DNA of 52,459 nucleotides, counting the filler, from Sphacelaria rigidula (Eukaryota), in NCBI GenBank assembly GCA_964200075.2. It is 3 parts of 3 records of this genome, joined end to end, with 100 filler letters (N's around TTAATTAATTAA, not from the genome) between each part and the next. Parts side by side here need not be neighbours in the genome. Positions count along the whole stretch, not along the records: positions 35,045 to 52,459 come from CAXNAA020001092.1; 2 more parts are not named here. The stretch is one strand, 5' to 3'. The position numbers and the translations under genes were made by a program. Shown here one piece after another: positions 47,171 through 52,459 of the stretch. A model generated the notes under the pieces. The model did no database searches, had not been told where the DNA came from, and worked only from the letters and a program-made list of their open reading frames with translations. The first letter of the stretch is position 1. Every line of letters begins with the position of its first letter.

Positions 47171-48753
47171 GTGGCTGTGTATGGTCCGTGTAAACCTGAT
47201 GACTCGATGCCGTCCAAATCCGTTGTCCGCCAAGCGCAACGAAAAGACCTTGGGGCCGAAGATGTGGATGTGCAATCTTTCGAGTCGGACGTTGGTACTG
47301 CTATCTTGGACAATGAAGGTCTGTTTCGTGTGCATGTGCGTGCCCGAAAAGTTTTGTGGATTCCGAGTTCTGACAAGCAGTTGCAGGTAGGTCTGATGAT
47401 TTGCGCACACATGCGAGACGCCGGGCATCGTGGTGTGGCTGCCACGCTCGTGCGCTTGCAAGAGTTTTGTGTCTGGCAGGGGATAGAAACTCATGTGCGC
47501 GAGTTTGTCCGCCAATGTCTTTCTTCACTGTGCTGACTCGAGGGCGGGCGATGTTGTTCCCCACCCGGTCGGCGAAACGGTCCATGGAACCACGCCTTGT
47601 ACGTGGGCGAGAGTGGCCCGCTAGCTTCCCAACGTTTGTCGGAGGATGCTGGGTTTCAATACAAGTTGGTAATCATGGATGGTTTGAGCAATTTTGTGGC
47701 TCTGGAACCCGTAGCAGTGTGTACTGCTGAATCGACGGCTGCATCTTTGCTGAATTGGTGCAAAAATTTGGGGGTGCCGCGTGTGTGGGTGAGTAATACC
47801 GCCACGCATTTCAAGAATACGATCTTGGCCCGATTGCGAGAGGCTTTGCGCGTTGATCACCAGTTTGCGGAAGTGTATTCTCCGTGGTCTGACGGTACGT
47901 GCGAACGCATGGTCAAGGAAGTAGTTCGTGCTCTTCGCTCTATTCTTCTCGAGCAGTGTCGAGAGGTGACCGAGTGGGTGGACGTGTTGCCCGCTGTGCA
48001 ATGGGCGCTAAATACAGCATACCGTCGTCGGTAGGATAGTACGCCGTATCACGTGATGTTTGGTCGTGTCCCTCGGACATTTTTTTCGGTGCTGGAGTCT
48101 TCGTCAGCGGGGGAATGGAAGTGTGATGTTCTGGACGATGTTCAAATTAAGAGTGCATTGCAAGGAATCTTGGACTTGCAAGGACGTTTCCACGTTCAAG
48201 TGCAGGAACGTGTTTCCACTGAACGTGCGCGTAGACGTGAGGGGTCCTCGTCAGGGCTGGGATTGCCGAATTTTGAGGTGGGCGACTATGTCGTGTATGC
48301 ACGCGTGCGTCGTCCGGGTGTTACGCCCAAGTGGATGGCGACGTGGACTGGTCCATGGAGAGTGGTTGGTGCCTACCACTCGCACGTGTTTGGGATTCAG
48401 AACATTGTTTCGGGTCGTGTTCAGACAACCCATGAAGCTCGTTTGCGTTTTGATGCAGACTCGCAGCTTAATGTTACGGCTGATGTTAAGGACGTGTTCC
48501 AGCATGCTTTCAATCTGCTTTTAATCAGGGGTAATTTCAGATGGCTGGTATTGTCCGAGTGGCAGAAGCAGACGATCGTTCGTTGATCGTGTTGGTCGAC
48601 TGGGTTGGTTTCGAAGTTGAGGACCGTACGTGGGAGTCTTTCAAGGACATTTTTGAGGCCGCTCCGGAATTTCTTTCGAAGGAGTTGCGTAAATTGTGCG
48701 TGACTCGTGCCGTTGCTGCTCGCATTTCGACTGAGGTCGGTATTCAATTGTGA
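47171..48753 (+). pseudogene. Integrase (H2C2, core, GPY/F) plus C-terminal chromodomain
   Basis: AHMRDAGHRG...W......VREFVRQC; LVIMDGLSNF...WVSNTATHFKN...YSPWSDGTCERMVKE; WTGPWRV; VLVDWVGFEVEDRTWE. Contains stops and frameshifts. Confidence 0.92.
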
Positions 48754-48827
48754 CTCACTCATCATTTTGGCGTTTTGTATGTGGCAAGCTTGTTGATCGA
48801 TTTTCGTCCAACGCGCTTTGGGGGTGC

Positions 48828-49103
48828 TGCGACGAAAATACGCGGTTACGTTGAGTTGGTAGTGATGATATGGATAATGACCGTTGGTAGTGATGATATG
48901 GATAATGACCGTTGGTAGTAATGATATGGATCATGACCGGGGACACTAGGTTGATACCCTGGCGTGTCTAGGTGGGTGCCTTGGGAGGTCACTCCTGAAT
49001 ATTGAGAATGTTGTAAAGGCTGACAACTGAAACTGAGGCCAGTAAGACTGGGGAGTCCCTCAAACGCAGTGATCCAGCAGTTGTTCCACTGGCTGGCGTC
49101 ACG
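48828..49103 (+). repeat. 3' LTR (276 bp; three copies of a 28-bp unit that is single in the 5' LTR)
   Basis: TGCGACG...CGTCACG; unit GTTGGTAGTGATGATATGGATAATGACC; 220 + 2x28 = 276. Confidence 0.95.
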
Positions 49104-49936
49104 GGCTTCAATGTAGTACACCAAATATCCTAGATGTAGAATGATATTGATGACTACTTGGTTACAGTATGACGAAGAATCGGTGTTACAGGGTGGATGA
49201 TGTCCCTGTAAAAGCCCACGAAGCGATTCGACTGTGGGTCTTGACCCCTTAACTCGCTCGATGATGAGGAAGTAAGAAGTAGGGACTGCCGGCCTTCAGA
49301 CCCATTTTACCTGCTCAGAACAAAGAGTAGGCCCAAAACATATCGAACAGCCATTATCGCCACCCGATATTGAACTGCACTCAACCACTGCTGACCGATT
49401 AATACGACGCCACCTACCCTTCACCAAGGAATGACCGAAATTCTGAACGCTGTGCCTGCGTGCTGCCTCCTCATATCAGCTAATCGAACAACAGGCAAGG
49501 TCCATTGCATTGTGTGGCGTGTTTCCGTAGTCACGGTTAGCGGAACCAGCTTGTAGATGCTTCATGTAGGGGATGTTCCCACTACGTGGACACGCCATCA
49601 CCTTTCTAATGTTTGTGACATCGGTAACTAATTGCTATCAGTAGTTGGCATTCAGTAGTTTCATGTCGGACACTAATTGAAAATTGTTTATTTGGTGTCA
49701 TGATGTACAAGCTCAGCACGGGTTCAACACCCCACCCCCGATCTCACTGTCGAGTCGACAAAGATATACGTACGCCATGTTGTTCTTACTCTGCTTATTT
49801 TGACAACTTCTGGGTGGGTGCCTGAAAGCCTACGACCCCCTCCGAACGGTGGGTGGAGGGGGGCGGCCCTCGGATCGCAATCTAGGAATACTTTCATCCT
49901 ACGTAATACTTCATGTCGGATTTAGAAAAAACATAA

Positions 49937-50490
49937 CAATGCTACGGTAGGGATGTACTTTTTGCGCGAAATCTTGTCTGGTTCGGGGGCTCCTAACGGT
50001 TCTAGATGCACAAGAATATGGTGGGTCAGGACATCCCTGTTTGCAAATTCATTCGGAACATCTCTAGCACATTGGAATATCAATAGTAATCGTGGCGTAC
50101 TCTCACATATTTTCATGAGTCATGTTTTGGATGAGATAAAGGGATCTCAACAGTTCTAACCTCAGAAATTATTTGTGCATCCCTACCGTAGCATCACTCA
50201 ACAGAGAGGATCCTAGAAAGTGAGGTTGAACACTAAAGAGTGATGCTACGGTAGGGGTGCACAAGTATTTCCTCGGGCTAGAATTGTCGGGAGCCCTCCA
50301 TCTCATGAAAAACACGACTAACGAAGATATGTGAAGGTACGCCAGGAATACTACTCCGATGTGCTGGGGATATCCCGAATGATTCGCAAACGGGGATGCC
50401 CTGACCCATATTCTTGTGCATCTAGAATTGTTAGGAGCCCCTAAACCAGACAACATTTCGCCCAAAAAGTGCACCCCTACCGTAGCATTG
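49937..50490. mobile_element. Foldback made of two inverted ~255-bp units, each bounded by its own TIRs
   Basis: ATGCTACGGTAGGGRTGYAC or its reverse complement occurs four times (49939, ~50175-50194, 50243, ~50469-50488). The two units are reverse-complementary throughout. Confidence 0.88.
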
Positions 50491-50509
50491 CTCTAAAACG
50501 GGCTTCAAG

Positions 50510-50960
50510 GGGCCCCTTGCGAACTTCGAGAGAGAGCTCGCAAAAACTCCGGAACATTTGTTGATGTAATCCAAAACATCCTTCTCTCACTTACTCGGTG
50601 ACAGTCGTTTCAAATGTGCAAAGGAGATACGTACGGCGTCACACAGCGGAGCAACAATGCGCGACAAGGCAAGCTAGGGTAAGTTTCAACAGAAAAATAA
50701 AACCCTCAGTTCGTTGTTTTCGGAAAACCTGTTGCACGTGTCATGTGACTCTTTGGAAGGCCCCTTGCGAACTTCCTAGGACGCAGAAAAATTCCCGACA
50801 CCATCATCTTCCTAGGACGCAGAAGAATGAACAGTGCCTTCCCTCACCTGGTGAGAGCCGTTTCCAATGTACCACGGGAGTTATAGACACCGGAGAAACA
50901 ACGCGCGACAAGGCAAGCTCCGGGAACTTTCAACAGACGACTGTTTTCAAGGCCACTTGA
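50510..50960 (+). repeat. Diverged ~250-bp tandem duplication
   Basis: GGCCCCTTGCGAACTTC at ~50511 and ~50759; GCGCGACAAGGCAAGCT at ~50659 and ~50903. Confidence 0.75.
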
Positions 50961-51769
50961 ATCCCATTTTAGTGGTCAGCCAGATCCTCTGGTGAATTCA
51001 CACGAGACACCGGCCATGTACGTTATTCAAATACGCCATATCGGGGTCTGACGCTCACAAGCTGGGAGACCGGGGTAATGGCGTTGAGACAGAAGAGCTG
51101 TTCTTCTCAGTTCAGCACGATGAAGTGCAGAAATAAAACAAATTCGTCGGGAAAAACAGTAGAAGCACGTCCGTCATGAGGAACGCCGAAACTGGCGGAA
51201 GTGGAAAATGCTCAAAGCTGAAAGGAATTTCGAGTCAGGGTGAAGGAGGGAGGTCGCCAGTGAGGGACGTGGTGGTGCGAGGGTGACAGCGGCGGCGGGT
51301 GAGCGTGGCACTGACTGCATTACAGCATTACCGTTCCGCTACCACGCTTTTGTTTGAGTGTTTGTAGCTTCGTGACCCCGTGAGAGGATGGGGTGCAGAC
51401 TCGACTCAGATGGTCGATCAATGGACACGACTGCGATAGTCGATCAATGGACACGGCTGACTGCCGATCAAGATGAGGTAGAAATGTATATAAAGCTTTG
51501 TTGATGGAGAGGGAAGGAAGGGGAGTGGGCCCAGTAGGCGCCAAAGTCTCAAGATGTGACAAGCACCACTCACGTATGTCTAGTCGCCAACATCACAGTA
51601 TAAAGTCATCCCGCGTAGTACCTGAAACTCAAAACAGGTATGCCACTAGACCCGACAAGGTGTATCTTACTGACCACCCCGGGCCATCCTACGAACACCC
51701 CCCCATTGACCGGGTGTCAAACATGAAGATTCAAAGATCATACTCAGTGGACAGAACTACCCACCGGAA

Positions 51770-51911
51770 AAAGAACTCTTCCGCTCACGGCGATTGCAAC
51801 AGGTATATCCTCTTAAGAAATGAATTTCATCAGCAACCGTAAAGAACTCTTCCGCTCATGGCGCATGCAACAGGTGTATCCGCTCAAGAAATGAATTTCA
51901 TCAGCAACCGT
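51770..51911 (+). repeat. 71-bp tandem duplication
   Basis: AAAGAACTCTTCCGCTCA...GAAATGAATTTCATCAGCAACCGT occurs twice. Confidence 0.9.
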
Positions 51912-52459
51912 AAGACCACCGTAAATCCCGCAACTCGTCACTTCTTTCAACGACTATGGGACCAGCCAAGAATCAAATACATCGGTACATTTCTTTTCAC
52001 ACCAAGACAAAAAAACAGGGATGGATGAGCTGTGTGTTTCATCACACTGTAGCTCCTGACGGTCAATCCAAGCGAAACGCAAGTCAAATTCTTCAACTGT
52101 ACTCTCCAATGCCCCTTACAATAGCGTGGGTGTTCGTACTTAGCATTCGAGTAACCTGCACTACGCACGCGAGATCGAGCTCCTAGGTAACATATATGAA
52201 CCCACACAACACAGTGCAGTTGTCAACTTTCGAAACTCGGATCACATGTTGCCTACAGTACAAGAATCAATTTTCAAAATTCAAATTCAGCAATCCATAC
52301 CACAGTAGTACCTACGTCATCAAACCAAACTAGACACTCACTACATCTACTTAACCCCTTATTCCCCCCCGGTGACCGGCGGAGCAAAGCAGCTCAACGC
52401 CTCAAGACAAAACACACGATCAGCATTAGCCCCCCCCAATTCTTGCTAATCAAAGTCCC

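Larger units (their letters stand above)
44296..49103 (+). mobile_element. Ty3/Gypsy chromovirus with both LTRs, internally deleted (non-autonomous)
   Basis: Matching LTRs with flanks GGTT/GGCT (imperfect 4-bp TSD). Order is gag, PR, RT/RH stubs, integrase, chromodomain, with a short G tract before the 3' LTR. Confidence 0.95.

Noticed and set aside
48852..48940. 28-bp direct repeats as a CRISPR array
   Set aside because: The units are contiguous with no unique spacers, lie inside an LTR, and there are no cas genes.
52351..52459. TTAA|CCCCTT as a piggyBac left end
   Set aside because: Only a short motif at the window edge, with no partner TIR or transposase visible.

Overview
Eukaryotic, transposon-rich genomic window, most likely from a brown alga (Phaeophyceae). 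That assignment is inferred from the SINE and dispersed repeats I recognise and from the GT-AG intron style; it was not verified by a search. Contents: (i) two decayed Ty3/Gypsy LTR retrotransposons. One (~10022-17362) has a MITE in its LTR and another in its RT, and stops at a scaffold gap. The other is a two-LTR chromovirus (44296-49103) that keeps gag, protease, integrase and chromodomain but has lost the RT and RNase H cores. (ii) A hAT transposase 3' remnant. (iii) Two tRNA-derived SINEs, one apparently dimeric. (iv) An unusually dense set of long foldback/MITE elements. (v) A probable multi-exon host gene on + (~29.8-41.2 kb) with a transmembrane hairpin, degenerate EF-hand-like motifs and a coiled-coil C-terminus. 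(vi) Several decayed coding remnants of unknown origin. Two 100-bp N44-TTAATTAATTAA-N44 blocks are assembly spacers. I found no convincing CRISPR array, rRNA, intact tRNA or intact novel multi-gene system. The best leads are TE-biology oddities and one miRNA-like hairpin.
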